This document shows, in pieces, positions 45,857 through 55,828 of a stretch of 64,000 nt of DNA. This stretch comes from Candidatus Omnitrophota bacterium. Its GTDB lineage: Bacteria; Omnitrophota; Gorgyraeia; 2-01-FULL-45-10. The stretch lies in NCBI GenBank assembly GCA_030695905.1, contig JAUYOL010000043.1, positions 998 through 64,997 of the forward strand. Direction: 5' to 3'. The number at the start of each line of letters is the position of its first letter. Positions within the stretch are counted from its first letter, which is position 1. A model generated the notes under the pieces. The model searched no databases. It had not been told where the DNA came from and saw only the letters and a list, made by a program, of their open reading frames with translations. A program made the translations under genes and the position numbers.

Positions 45857-47257
45857 CTATGATATACCTTTGCAGAGACGCTTTTCCAGCGCCTTTTTAT
45901 ACGGCGGCTTGCATATAGTTGTAGGATAATTTCCGGTAAAGCAGGCTGTGCAGAATTCTTCTTTAGGAAGCATCATGGAGCTTAACATACCTTCGAGGCT
46001 TAAGTATTTTAAGCTGTCCACGCCTATAAACTGCTGTATCTCTTCGATGGAGTGGTTCGCCGCGACCAGCTCTTTCTTGGTGGGGAAGTCTATGCCATAA
46101 AAACATGGGCTGATTAACGGCGGACAACTGACTCGCATATGAATCTCGACAACTCCCGCTTCCCTCAAGGCCCTTACACGGCTGCGCGAAGTAGTTCCTC
46201 GCACGATAGAATCTTCGACTATAACAATGCGCTTGCCTTTCAGCACATCGCGTATCGGATTCAGTTTTACCTTTACCTTAAAGTCCCTTATCAGCTGGCT
46301 TGGCTGGATAAAAGTTCTTCCTATGTAGTGGTTTCTTACATATGCCATCTCAAGCGGTATGCCCGATGCCTCGGAGTATCCTAAAGCGGCATAGTTGCCG
46401 GAGTCGGGTATGGGCATTACAAAATCAGCCTGAGTTGGATATTCTTTCGCGAGAGCCTTGCCAAGATTTTTTCTGGCCAGATAAACGCTCTTTGTGAATA
46501 TGTTGCTGTCTGGCCTCGCGAAATATATATATTCGAATATGCAGAATGCGTGTCTGGCAGCGGGAGGCTGCTTAAGAGATGTTAAACCGTTTTTATCTAT
46601 TATGACTACCTCGCCCGGATCGACATCTCTTATGTATGTAGCGCCTATCATATCAAGGGCACAGGTTTCACTTGCGACAACGTAGGCATTATCGATCTTT
46701 CCTATGCAAAGCGGACGGAAGCCAAAAGGATCGCGTGTAGCATAAATGGCGTCATTCAACATGAGCACAAACGAGTAAGCGCCCTGCATCTTCGACAGTA
46801 TCGGGACTATCTTCTGTTTGTAGTTATTAAGGTGGTCCTTTACCAGGAAGTGAACTATTAATTCTGAATCCATAGTCGTTTGCAGTATTGAACCGGAATC
46901 CTCGAGCTCATTCCTTAACTCGACGGAATTGGTCAGGTTTCCATTATGAGCGACTGCTATGAAGCCTTTTTTATGGTTTATTAGTAGCGGCTGGACGTTT
47001 TTGGCTATGCTTGAACCGGTTGTGGAATATCTTACATGGCCTATAGCTATAGGGCCTTTCAGTTTCTTTAAACTTTCTTCTGTAAATACGTTTCCGACAA
47101 GGCCCATTCCTTTTTGCATATGGACCTTCTTGTAGTCATAGCTTGCTATGCCGGCCGATTCTTCGCCGCGGTGTTGAAGAGCATAAAGCGCTAAATACGC
47201 CAGCCGCGCTGCGTCTTTATGTCCGTGTATTCCTACGACTCCGCAGTATTCTTTCAT
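45857..47257 (-). CDS. purF: Amidophosphoribosyltransferase
   Basis: N-terminal MKEYCGVVGI (Cys nucleophile after the initiator Met), a PRPP-binding motif, and C-terminal Fe-S cysteines. Confidence 0.9.
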   Translation of the reverse strand: MKEYCGVVGIHGHKDAARLAYLALYALQHRGEESAGIASYDYKKVHMQKGMGLVGNVFTEESLKKLKGPIAIGHVRYSTTGSSIAKNVQPLLINHKKGFIAVAHNGNLTNSVELRNELEDSGSILQTTMDSELIVHFLVKDHLNNYKQKIVPILSKMQGAYSFVLMLNDAIYATRDPFGFRPLCIGKIDNAYVVASETCALDMIGATYIRDVDPGEVVIIDKNGLTSLKQPPAARHAFCIFEYIYFARPDSNIFTKSVYLARKNLGKALAKEYPTQADFVMPIPDSGNYAALGYSEASGIPLEMAYVRNHYIGRTFIQPSQLIRDFKVKVKLNPIRDVLKGKRIVIVEDSIVRGTTSRSRVRALREAGVVEIHMRVSCPPLISPCFYGIDFPTKKELVAANHSIEEIQQFIGVDSLKYLSLEGMLSSMMLPKEEFCTACFTGNYPTTICKPPYKKALEKRLCKGIS

Positions 47258-48828
47258 TTATTACCTTTATTCTTTGCGTGATATTCTTGAAGCGATGTTA
47301 CCGACATCTTCGGTTTCTTTATAAGGTTCTCTATGCCGTTTACCGTGGCCTGCGCCCCCGATACGGTCGTTATAAGCGCTATATTATAGAGAATGGCGTT
47401 GGACCTGATTTTAATCTCATCTTCCTTTGTTGTCTTGCCGGAAGGTGTATTTATCAAAAGTGATACTTTTCCGTCCTTCATAAGGTCTATTATATTCGGC
47501 CTGCCCTCATGCAGCTTCGGCAGGATTTGAACATCTATGTCGTTGCTCTTTAATGCATCCGCGGTACCGCTGGTCGCCATTATCTTAAATCCTAAGTCCG
47601 CCAGTTTCTTTGCGACGAATATAATGTTTCTTTTATCCTGATTTTTTACGCTTATGAATACATTGCCCTTAGTAGGCATCTTCTGCCCCGCTGCGATCTG
47701 GCTCTTTGCGTATGCTGACCCGAATGTGGTGTCTATCCCCATTACTTCGCCGGTAGACTTCATCTCAGGCCCGAGGATAGCGTCTACGCCAGGGAATCTT
47801 ATGAACGGGAATACGGATTCCTTTACCGTAACATAATTTATAGTCTTTTCCTTTGTAAAGCCCAGCTCTTTCAGCGTCTTTCCCATCATTATCTTTGTCG
47901 CGAGCTTTGCTAAGGGCACGCCCATTGCTTTACTTACAAAGGGAACCGTTCTGGATGCCCTGGGATTAACCTCAAGGATAAAGACTATATTATTTTTTAC
48001 GGCATACTGAATATTCATCAGCCCCTTCACGTCCAGTTCTTTGGCCATAGCGTAAGTGTTTTTTCGGATAATGTCTATAATGTCTTTCCCCAGGGTGTGT
48101 GGCGGTAGCACCATTGCGCTGTCTCCCGAATGTATGCCGGCTTCCTCAATATGTTCCAATATCCCCCCGATTACGCAAGTCTCGCCATCAGCTATAGCGT
48201 CAACATCGACTTCTATCGCGTCTTCCAGGAATTTGTCTATCAGGATAGGCCTTTCGGGAGATGCCTCTACCGCTCTCTCCATGTAATCGGATAGGCTCTT
48301 CTCGTCATAGACTATCTCCATTGCTCTTCCACCTAATACGAATGAGGGCCTGACAACTACAGGATAGCCTATCCTCTCAGCGACTTTTTTTGCTTCTTCG
48401 GATGATATAGCGGTTCCATTGTCCGGTTGGACCAATTTAAGCTTCTTAAGCATCTGTTGAAATCTTTTTCTGTCTTCGGCAATATCGATTGAATCTGGGC
48501 TGGTTCCGAGGATATTTAATCCCGCTTTGGCAAGCGGCCCCGATATATTCAATGGAGTCTGGCCGCCGAATTGAACTATCGCGCCTATAGGCTTTTCAAT
48601 ATCTACTATACTTAAAACATCCTCTACAGTGAGCGGCTCGAAATAAAGCTTGTCTGATGTGTCGTAGTCGGTGGAGACAGTCTCCGGGTTACAGTTTATC
48701 ATTATGCTCTCGTAGCCTTCCTCTTTTAAGGCATAAGAAGCATGGCAGCAGCAGTAGTCGAACTCTATGCCCTGCCCTATCCTGTTTGGCCCACCGCCGA
48801 GTATTAGGACCTTCTTTTTAGCACCCAT
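47254..48828 (-). CDS. carB: Carbamoyl-phosphate synthase large subunit, C-terminal half (separately encoded)
   Basis: Starts KKVLILGGGPNRIGQGIEFDYCCCHA, which is the second ATP-grasp repeat of CarB. It ends with an MGS-like domain. 524 aa. Confidence 0.8.
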   Translation of the reverse strand: MGAKKKVLILGGGPNRIGQGIEFDYCCCHASYALKEEGYESIMINCNPETVSTDYDTSDKLYFEPLTVEDVLSIVDIEKPIGAIVQFGGQTPLNISGPLAKAGLNILGTSPDSIDIAEDRKRFQQMLKKLKLVQPDNGTAISSEEAKKVAERIGYPVVVRPSFVLGGRAMEIVYDEKSLSDYMERAVEASPERPILIDKFLEDAIEVDVDAIADGETCVIGGILEHIEEAGIHSGDSAMVLPPHTLGKDIIDIIRKNTYAMAKELDVKGLMNIQYAVKNNIVFILEVNPRASRTVPFVSKAMGVPLAKLATKIMMGKTLKELGFTKEKTINYVTVKESVFPFIRFPGVDAILGPEMKSTGEVMGIDTTFGSAYAKSQIAAGQKMPTKGNVFISVKNQDKRNIIFVAKKLADLGFKIMATSGTADALKSNDIDVQILPKLHEGRPNIIDLMKDGKVSLLINTPSGKTTKEDEIKIRSNAILYNIALITTVSGAQATVNGIENLIKKPKMSVTSLQEYHAKNKGNK

Positions 48829-49061
48829 TTTTTATTCCTATACCTCTGCTACTCTATGATACTATGCCCTTAAAACACAATCGGCCAGCGGAGGTGACAA
48901 TTCTCCCTGGCCACAATTTTTACGTTGTGCAATGCGTTACTTGCTATGTAATTTTGCTGCTCCTTTACGATAGACATCCAGTTTTTCCATATGTGAATTC
49001 ATATTTTATCATGCCTATCGCGGCGTGTCAAGTGACGAAGTTTAGCGCCGGACCCAATCAT

Positions 49062-49436
49062 TTATTCTCCGCTTATGAATTTTCTAAAATCTTCCATTGC
49101 GGTTTTGAATGTTTGTGGATTGGTTTGCCAGTCGATATATCTTGGCATCTGTGTAACCCATTCTTCAAAGAGCGCCCATCTTAATTTAGCCATCTGCGCC
49201 TGTTCTTCGCTTAAGCCAAGATTGCCCTTTATGCTGGGCTGCATAGTCGGAAGATTGGAATTTCCTTTGTAATTTCTTATTGGGGTGACTTTGCCCGTAA
49301 GCATATTATATTTTGACGGTATCTGCACGCCCGCGATCTCATAATTTACCGTGCGTATAAATAGGGACTTGTATGAAATAGCGATAAGCGCAAACAAGCC
49401 CAGTGTTACCAGCGCCGGAATCATAATTTTCTTCAT
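49062..49436 (-). CDS. Hypothetical N-terminally anchored/secreted protein
   Basis: N-terminal TM/signal IMIPALVTLGLFALIAISY. No recognisable domain. Confidence 0.3.
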   Translation of the reverse strand: MKKIMIPALVTLGLFALIAISYKSLFIRTVNYEIAGVQIPSKYNMLTGKVTPIRNYKGNSNLPTMQPSIKGNLGLSEEQAQMAKLRWALFEEWVTQMPRYIDWQTNPQTFKTAMEDFRKFISGE

Positions 49437-49446
49437 ATTTTTCTCC

Positions 49447-50172
49447 TTAATTTAGCATCTCTATTTTGTACAGGTCGCTGTACGTCCCGGTTACCCATAA
49501 ATTCATTCCATCCCACGCTACGCCGGTGGTCTTCTTTACGGGTGACTTGAAATATCCTAATATATCAAATGTGTCGGCATCAACCTTATAAACTTTATTA
49601 TCGTACCAGGAGCTTACCCATAAGCTTTTTCCGTCCCATGCTATCTGGCAAGGCTCCTGTATATTATCTATTCCGTGTCTATTTAAGATGTTAAACTCAT
49701 CATCCATTTTCAAGAGATGAAATTTGGTGCCGGCAATAGACCTCGTCCAGGTTATTACAAATAGATTTTTCCCGTTCCAAACAGCTCCGGTTGGGTGTGC
49801 CGGAGCAAGCAGCGCTTCTTTTTCCACTGCCATATTGTTGTTTTCAATACGAGTTGTGTATATCTTCTTTGAGTCCCAATCCGTAACTATATATACGTCT
49901 TTGCTTCTGGATGTTACGGCCTCAGTAAAAGTACCGACAGGTTTTATTTCTGCGGATACTTTACCGCTGCCTGGATCGACCACCCACGTCATGCCTTTAA
50001 GCCCGTTCGCGACCCAGATGTTTTTACCGTCGAAGTACAGCCCTTCGTGATACCACGTCGGTATTTCCACCCTGGCCACAACCTTGGTCTTTATAAGGTT
50101 ATCTTCTTTGGGGGAAAATCCGCAAAGGCAAAATATAAGCGCTGTAAAAGTTAAAAATTTTAAGGTCTTCAT
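49447..50172 (-). CDS. Secreted beta-propeller protein, possibly a bacterial/plant-type glutaminyl cyclase-like protein
   Basis: Signal peptide plus repeated W-x-G/LWV blade motifs (GKNIWVANG, GKNLFVITW, GKSLWVSSW, GMNLWVTG). The family assignment is tentative. Confidence 0.3.
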   Translation of the reverse strand: MKTLKFLTFTALIFCLCGFSPKEDNLIKTKVVARVEIPTWYHEGLYFDGKNIWVANGLKGMTWVVDPGSGKVSAEIKPVGTFTEAVTSRSKDVYIVTDWDSKKIYTTRIENNNMAVEKEALLAPAHPTGAVWNGKNLFVITWTRSIAGTKFHLLKMDDEFNILNRHGIDNIQEPCQIAWDGKSLWVSSWYDNKVYKVDADTFDILGYFKSPVKKTTGVAWDGMNLWVTGTYSDLYKIEMLN

Positions 50173-50174
50173 TC

Positions 50175-50864
50175 TTAAAATTTGTAATAAATTCCGCTCG
50201 ATAACGAAGTCTCATCTATAAAATGGCCTTCGACGCTTAAGTACGTATTTTTTGTGATTTTAACGTCGCAGCCTATGACTACGCCGGTATAGTATGCCGG
50301 CGGGCGGTTTTTTCTGTCGATATCATTTGTCTTTTGAATCAAGTTCCCATAGGATAATTTGGCGCCGGCAAAAGGCGTCATTCTGCCTATCTCCCTGGAA
50401 GAGACAAGCGACACCTGCCAGTCTTCATATATTGCCATGCGTTTGTCGCCGTTTAAATTTCTGTTGGCAGGATGCGTGCTTGTGTGTTGAAAACCGGTCA
50501 CCACGCGTACCTTATTTTTATCGTCATCAAGTACCCGCAGCCTGAAGCCATACCCTCCCGCCAAACCGTAATTGTGGTCTACTTTAGGATGGACGCCTCC
50601 TTTTTCCCGGACGTTGCCAAATCCGATCTTTCCGTCAAGGGTAAGCCAATCGAAGACGCCATATGACAAGGTGTAGTAATTCTGTAAGCTTTTGATGTTT
50701 CCGTAGGAGTTGCTCAGGTCGTGTTTGAATACGCTGTTGTTCTGATATCCGGTAATATATTTACCCTTGTAGGGTATATTTGTTCCGTCGGTGGGTGCCG
50801 CGTGGATATTTATGGAACATAGCAAGAACAAAATAATAACGCCATATACAATATATTTGCGCAT
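50175..50864 (-). CDS. Small outer-membrane beta-barrel protein (signal peptide, C-terminal YYKF)
   Basis: Signal peptide MRKYIVYGVIILFLLCSINIHA. Alternating-hydrophobic beta strands. Terminal aromatic Phe. Confidence 0.35.
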   Translation of the reverse strand: MRKYIVYGVIILFLLCSINIHAAPTDGTNIPYKGKYITGYQNNSVFKHDLSNSYGNIKSLQNYYTLSYGVFDWLTLDGKIGFGNVREKGGVHPKVDHNYGLAGGYGFRLRVLDDDKNKVRVVTGFQHTSTHPANRNLNGDKRMAIYEDWQVSLVSSREIGRMTPFAGAKLSYGNLIQKTNDIDRKNRPPAYYTGVVIGCDVKITKNTYLSVEGHFIDETSLSSGIYYKF

Positions 50865-50882
50865 ATGGCGTATTTTACTATA

Positions 50883-52547
50883 TTACCTATCGTATGTCGA
50901 GTAATAATACGGTGTGTGTGCCTTGAATTCGGCGGCGCATGTATCAACTAGTTTAAAATCTGGCTCTATACTCTTGGATTTTCTTAAAGCCCTTATTTCG
51001 TTCTCATCTTTACCCAACAGCATAGCGAGTTGCTTATCGCTGAATCCGTATTGTTTGGCATGGACAAGAAGACTGTCCGCTATATTGTCCTTATGTTTTA
51101 TTATCTGGCCTTCAAGCTCTATTATCTCTTTTATGTTATGCAGAAACCATCTGTCTATTTTTGTCATCTCGTATATTTTCTCTATATCGATAGACGCTCG
51201 TAAAGCGTCGCCTATGTAAAATACTCTCTCGGCGCAAGGCGTCCTTAGTTTTTCGTAAATCATATTTAATGTATCTTCACTTGCCTTTACATTTCCGAGA
51301 CAATCTTTGAAAAGCATGGTTTCAAGCCCGCTCTTTTTAATTTCCAGTGAGCGCAACCCTTTCTGCAGGGATTCCTTAAACGTTCTTCCGATAGACATTG
51401 CCTCTCCGACCGATTTCATCGATACTGTAAGCGTGGGGTCAGCAAGCGGAAATTTCTCGAATGTAAACCTCGGTATCTTCACCACGCAATAATCTATAGA
51501 AGGTTCAAAGCATGCAGGCGTCTCTTTTGTGATATCATTAGGTATTTCATCAAGAGTGTAGCCTACCGCCAACTTTGCGGCTATCTTTGCTATGGGAAAA
51601 CCCGTAGCTTTTGATGCCAAAGACGAGCTTCTCGAGACTCTTGGGTTCATCTCTATGACTACCATTCGGCCTGTATCGGGATTTACCGCAAACTGTATAT
51701 TCGATCCGCCGGTCTCAACCCCTATCTCCCTGATGCAGGCTATTGAAGCGTCCCTCATCTTCTGATATTCCCTATCGGTGAGTGTCTGTATGGGCGCTAC
51801 AGTGATAGAGTCACCTGTATGCACTCCCATTGGATCGAAGTTCTCAATAGAACATATTACAACGACGTTATCTTTCTTATCGCGCATTACCTCGAGCTCG
51901 AACTCCTTCCAGCCTATTACAGATTCTTCAACCAATATTTCGCTTATCATGCTGGATTCAAGTCCTATCTTGGCGCGTTCCCTGAATTCTTCTATATTAT
52001 AAGCCACACTACCGCCGGTGCCTCCAAGCGTAAAACTCGGCCTTATTATCACAGGAAAGCCTATCTTCTCCGCAACCACGCACGCCGTCTTTAAATCATA
52101 TGCCTTATCGCTTCTTGGAAGATCGAGGCCGATCTTTTGCATAGCTTCCTTGAATAAACGCCTGTCTTCACCCTTCTTTATGGATTTTATGTCGGCTCCT
52201 ATGGTCTCTACCTTGTATTTTTTTAAGATTCCTTTTTCGGCAAGGCCTATCGTAGTGTTAAGCGCGGTCTGGCCGCCAAGGGTCGGCAGCAGCGCGTCAG
52301 GCCTTTCCTTTTCGATGATCTTTTCTATCGCTTCTACGGTTATCGGCTCAATATATGTTCTGTCTGCCATTTCCGGATCCGTCATGATTGTAGCCGGATT
52401 CGAATTGACCAATATTATTTTATAGCCATCCTGCCTCAGGACCTTACATGCCTGTGAACCTGAATAATCAAATTCGCACGCCTGGCCTATTACTATGGGC
52501 CCGGAGCCGATTATCAATATCTTCTTTATGTCAGTTCTTTTAGGCAT
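50883..52547 (-). CDS. carB: Carbamoyl-phosphate synthase large subunit, N-terminal half (separately encoded)
   Basis: Starts [28 protein letters not shown], which is the first ATP-grasp repeat of CarB. 554 aa, including the oligomerisation domain. Confidence 0.8.
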   Translation of the reverse strand: MPKRTDIKKILIIGSGPIVIGQACEFDYSGSQACKVLRQDGYKIILVNSNPATIMTDPEMADRTYIEPITVEAIEKIIEKERPDALLPTLGGQTALNTTIGLAEKGILKKYKVETIGADIKSIKKGEDRRLFKEAMQKIGLDLPRSDKAYDLKTACVVAEKIGFPVIIRPSFTLGGTGGSVAYNIEEFRERAKIGLESSMISEILVEESVIGWKEFELEVMRDKKDNVVVICSIENFDPMGVHTGDSITVAPIQTLTDREYQKMRDASIACIREIGVETGGSNIQFAVNPDTGRMVVIEMNPRVSRSSSLASKATGFPIAKIAAKLAVGYTLDEIPNDITKETPACFEPSIDYCVVKIPRFTFEKFPLADPTLTVSMKSVGEAMSIGRTFKESLQKGLRSLEIKKSGLETMLFKDCLGNVKASEDTLNMIYEKLRTPCAERVFYIGDALRASIDIEKIYEMTKIDRWFLHNIKEIIELEGQIIKHKDNIADSLLVHAKQYGFSDKQLAMLLGKDENEIRALRKSKSIEPDFKLVDTCAAEFKAHTPYYYSTYDR

Positions 52548-53619
52548 GTTTCTTCATCATTTCCTTAAAATTTTCGAATAGATACTTAGCATCATGAGGA
52601 CCCGGGCTGCACTCGGGGTGGAATTGGACAGAAAATATGGGCAGCTTCTTGTGCCTGATGCCCTCCAGCGTCTTGTCGTTCAGGTTCATGTGGGTAATTT
52701 CCAGCTCTTTTTTGTTTAATGTGTCTATGTCAACGCAGTAACCGTGATTTTGGACAGTTATGGCAACTTTTCCGGTCTTCAAATCCTTTACCGGCTGATT
52801 TCCGCCGTGATGTCCGAACTTTAGCTTATAAGTCTTGCCTCCAAATGCCTGGCCTAACATCTGATGTCCTAAGCATATTCCGAATATGGGAACCTTGCCG
52901 ATAAGTTCCCGTACCGTCTTTACTATGTATTGCAACGCTGCCGGGTCCCCCGGCCCGTTTGATAATAGGACGCCATGTGGTTTATGATCCAAGATCTCTT
53001 TGCTGGTAGCCGTTGCCGGCAAAACCATTACCTTGCAGTCGTTTTTTGCCAACTCTCGCAGCATGTTATATTTAACACCGCAATCGAGTACTACAACTTT
53101 GAATTTTCCTTTATTACTCCACTCGTAGCCTTTTTGCGCCACTACCTCTTTGACAAGGTCTCGTCCTTCAAGCCCAGGTGAGGCTTTTGCTTTGTCTATC
53201 AGACTCTTTTCGTTGAAATCAACCGTTGATAATATTGCTTTCATTGCGCCGGCTTCTCTGATATGCAGAGTGAGAGAGCGCGTATCGATGCCTTCTATGC
53301 CTAAGATATCAAATTCTTTTAAATATTCACCAAGGGATTTTTTAGAACGCCAGCTGCTGGCTATTTTTGAACATTCTTTGACTATGAAGCCCTCGACAAA
53401 AGGCTTGCGAGATTCCACGTCCTCGTCATTTACGCCGTAATTGCCTATCAAAGGATAGGTCATAGTTACCATCTGACCTTTGTAGGATGGGTCTGTGAGG
53501 ATCTCCTGGTAGCCCGCCATACTTGTATTAAAAACCACTTCCGCGCATCTTTCGCCGGCGGCGCCGAAAGACTTGCCTTTGTAGATCTTACCGTCTTCTA
53601 ACGCGAGTATCGCATTCAT
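52540..53619 (-). CDS. carA: Carbamoyl-phosphate synthase small subunit
   Basis: The N-terminal CPSase small-chain domain is followed by a class I GATase (GICLGHQ, HGGNQP). Confidence 0.9.
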   Translation of the reverse strand: MNAILALEDGKIYKGKSFGAAGERCAEVVFNTSMAGYQEILTDPSYKGQMVTMTYPLIGNYGVNDEDVESRKPFVEGFIVKECSKIASSWRSKKSLGEYLKEFDILGIEGIDTRSLTLHIREAGAMKAILSTVDFNEKSLIDKAKASPGLEGRDLVKEVVAQKGYEWSNKGKFKVVVLDCGVKYNMLRELAKNDCKVMVLPATATSKEILDHKPHGVLLSNGPGDPAALQYIVKTVRELIGKVPIFGICLGHQMLGQAFGGKTYKLKFGHHGGNQPVKDLKTGKVAITVQNHGYCVDIDTLNKKELEITHMNLNDKTLEGIRHKKLPIFSVQFHPECSPGPHDAKYLFENFKEMMKKHA

Positions 53620-55229
53620 TTCTGGGCTTTTCCGTACTTCAACGCGGCTGTTATAAAATCCCTGAAGAGGGGATGCGGCCTGTCCGGCTTCGATTTAAAT
53701 TCCGGATGGTATTGAACCGCTATAAAATATGGATGTTTTGTTATTTCCACGGTCTCAACGAGATTTTTCTTGGGATAAATACCGGAGAATGTCATGCCTT
53801 TTTTCTCCAACAAACCTTTGTATTTGTTATTAAATTCATATCTGTGCCGATGTCTTTCAAGCACCAGCCCCTTTTTATAGGCCTTATGCGCGAGACTGCC
53901 CTTCTTTATTCTGCAGGGATAAACACCCAAGCGCATTGTGCCGCCCATATCTTTTATGTGTTTTTGTTCCTCAAGCAGGCTTATAACGGGGTGTTTAGAT
54001 TTTTTATCGAACTCCGTTGAATTAGCATTTTTCAGTCTGCATACGTTTCGCGAAAATTCTATTACCGCGCACTGCATGCCAAGGCATAGTCCAAGGAACG
54101 GGATATTGTTTTCCCTGGCGTATCTTATAGCTTCAACCTTACCTTCTATCCCTCGATATCCAAATCCCCCCGGCACCAGTATTCCGGATACATCATCTAA
54201 GAGGTTCCCAATGCCATGTTTTTCTATCTCCTCGGAATCTATCTTCTTTATTGTAACCTTGGCATCATTATATATGCCGGCATGTACCAGCGATTCATAT
54301 ATGGATTTATAGGCGTCCTGTAAACCTATATATTTCCCTACGACGGCGACTGTGACCTTGTGCCGCGGATGTATTGCCCTTTCAACAACGAATTTTGCCC
54401 AATCTTTGAGGTCAGTTGACCTGGATTTTAATTTAAAATGATCAAGTATTATCTTGTCCAGCCCTTGTTCTTTGAAGATAAGAGGAACCTGATAAATAGA
54501 TTCCGCGTCCCTGGCTTCTATTACGGAGGCTTTATTGACATTGCAGAATAATGATATCTTTTCCTTCACGTCGTCCGAGAGCGCCTTCTCTGTCCTGCAA
54601 ATAAGAATATCGGGCTGGATGCCTATCTCGCGCAATTTCCCCACGCTATGCTGCGTAGGCTTTGTCTTTATCTCTTCTGCGCTGCGAACGTAAGGTATGA
54701 GAGTGAGGTGCACGTATAGGGCATTATGATATCCGACTTCAAGCCTGAACTGCCTGGCAGCTTCTAAGAACGGGAGGCTCTCTATATCTCCCACAGTTCC
54801 GCCTATCTCGACTATCAGTATCTCGGCGTTTGAAACTTGTGCGGCTTTTCTTACCCGGTCTTTTATTTCATTTGTAATATGCGGTATTACCTGGATAGTC
54901 TTACCGAGATAATCGCCGCGTCTTTCTCTGGCTATTACCGCGTTATAGACCTGGCCGGTAGTTGCGTTAGAGAATTTTGTTGTTTCGGTATTGATAAATC
55001 TTTCGTAATGGCCGAGGTCAAGATCCGTTTCAGCGCCATCTTCTGTCACATAAACTTCCCCATGCTGATAAGGATTCATTGTGCCCGGGTCAACATTAAT
55101 GTAGGGATCGAGTTTCATCATCGCAACCCTGAAGCCGCGTGATTCCATAATCTTGCCTATGGATGCTGAAGCGATGCCTTTACCCAGACTTGATATAACA
55201 CCACCGGTAGTAAAAATGTACTTTGTCAT
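53616..55229 (-). CDS. pyrG: CTP synthase
   Basis: N-terminal [17 protein letters not shown]. GATase region GLCLGMQ. 537 aa. Confidence 0.9.
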   Translation of the reverse strand: MTKYIFTTGGVISSLGKGIASASIGKIMESRGFRVAMMKLDPYINVDPGTMNPYQHGEVYVTEDGAETDLDLGHYERFINTETTKFSNATTGQVYNAVIARERRGDYLGKTIQVIPHITNEIKDRVRKAAQVSNAEILIVEIGGTVGDIESLPFLEAARQFRLEVGYHNALYVHLTLIPYVRSAEEIKTKPTQHSVGKLREIGIQPDILICRTEKALSDDVKEKISLFCNVNKASVIEARDAESIYQVPLIFKEQGLDKIILDHFKLKSRSTDLKDWAKFVVERAIHPRHKVTVAVVGKYIGLQDAYKSIYESLVHAGIYNDAKVTIKKIDSEEIEKHGIGNLLDDVSGILVPGGFGYRGIEGKVEAIRYARENNIPFLGLCLGMQCAVIEFSRNVCRLKNANSTEFDKKSKHPVISLLEEQKHIKDMGGTMRLGVYPCRIKKGSLAHKAYKKGLVLERHRHRYEFNNKYKGLLEKKGMTFSGIYPKKNLVETVEITKHPYFIAVQYHPEFKSKPDRPHPLFRDFITAALKYGKAQK

Positions 55230-55253
55230 GCTTTTCTTCCCTTTATGCTTATC

Positions 55254-55315
55254 AAAAAAATAGCGTTTTTTTTTAGGCCGGGATTATCCGGTTTTCAAAA
55301 AAAACGCTATTTTTT
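55254..55315 (-). terminator. 62-bp perfect palindrome (A7-TAGCG-T9 ... A8-CGCTA-T6) enclosing a CCGG-GATTAT-CCGG hairpin, sitting in the pyrG leader; a candidate attenuator/intrinsic terminator
   Basis: On the - strand transcript a 13-bp stem UAGCGU8/A8CGCUA is followed by U7. Ten nt later come the pyrG RBS AAGGGAAG and the ATG. A TTGACA-16-TGnTACAAT promoter lies at 55347-55374 (- strand), upstream of the structure. Confidence 0.4.
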
Positions 55316-55376
55316 AAAACGTTAGTTCTTCGTTGAACCTGCGATGATTGTATCACAACGTTTTAAATTGTCAATA

Positions 55377-55775
55377 TTATTTTTGCGCGAACTTTTTTGC
55401 TACGCGCCTCTCTTTATTTTTATTGTAAAGCTTTTCGCCCAACCACTCTCTGGCTAACGTATCCTTATCGACGCCTTTTTCTTTCCAGTCGTATTCCATA
55501 ATAACGGCTGTCTTAAGGACTTTCCATACGGGTTCGCTTAAAAGATTCGGCTTCTTTTCATATAATCTGTCCAATTTTTTACAATAAAACGGAGCGTCTT
55601 TGGATATCGTAACGCCCTGTTTTTTTACATCTTTAATAAAATCCTTAGCAAGCTGAATTCGCGCTTTTTTATCTACCTTTAGCCAATCGTTTCCTGTGAC
55701 GGGTTTGCCTTGAGCGAACGCAAGCCCTGCGCAAAAAGCAATTATAAGTAGTGCAGATATTATTTTTCTCATCAT
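55377..55775 (-). CDS. Small secreted protein of unknown function
   Basis: RBS GGAGG. Signal peptide MMRKIISALLIIAFCAGLAFA. Lys-rich mature part. Confidence 0.35.
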   Translation of the reverse strand: MMRKIISALLIIAFCAGLAFAQGKPVTGNDWLKVDKKARIQLAKDFIKDVKKQGVTISKDAPFYCKKLDRLYEKKPNLLSEPVWKVLKTAVIMEYDWKEKGVDKDTLAREWLGEKLYNKNKERRVAKKFAQK

Positions 55776-55828
55776 TTCCTCCGGTTAGTATGTTAGATGA
55801 TACCGCTTTTGGATACTTTAGTCAATAT

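Noticed and set aside
48864-49184. 106-aa + strand ORF in the carB(C-half) upstream spacer
   Set aside because: It runs through the predicted hairpin and into the 3' end of a - strand gene. It has no start context, so the spacer is more likely regulatory.
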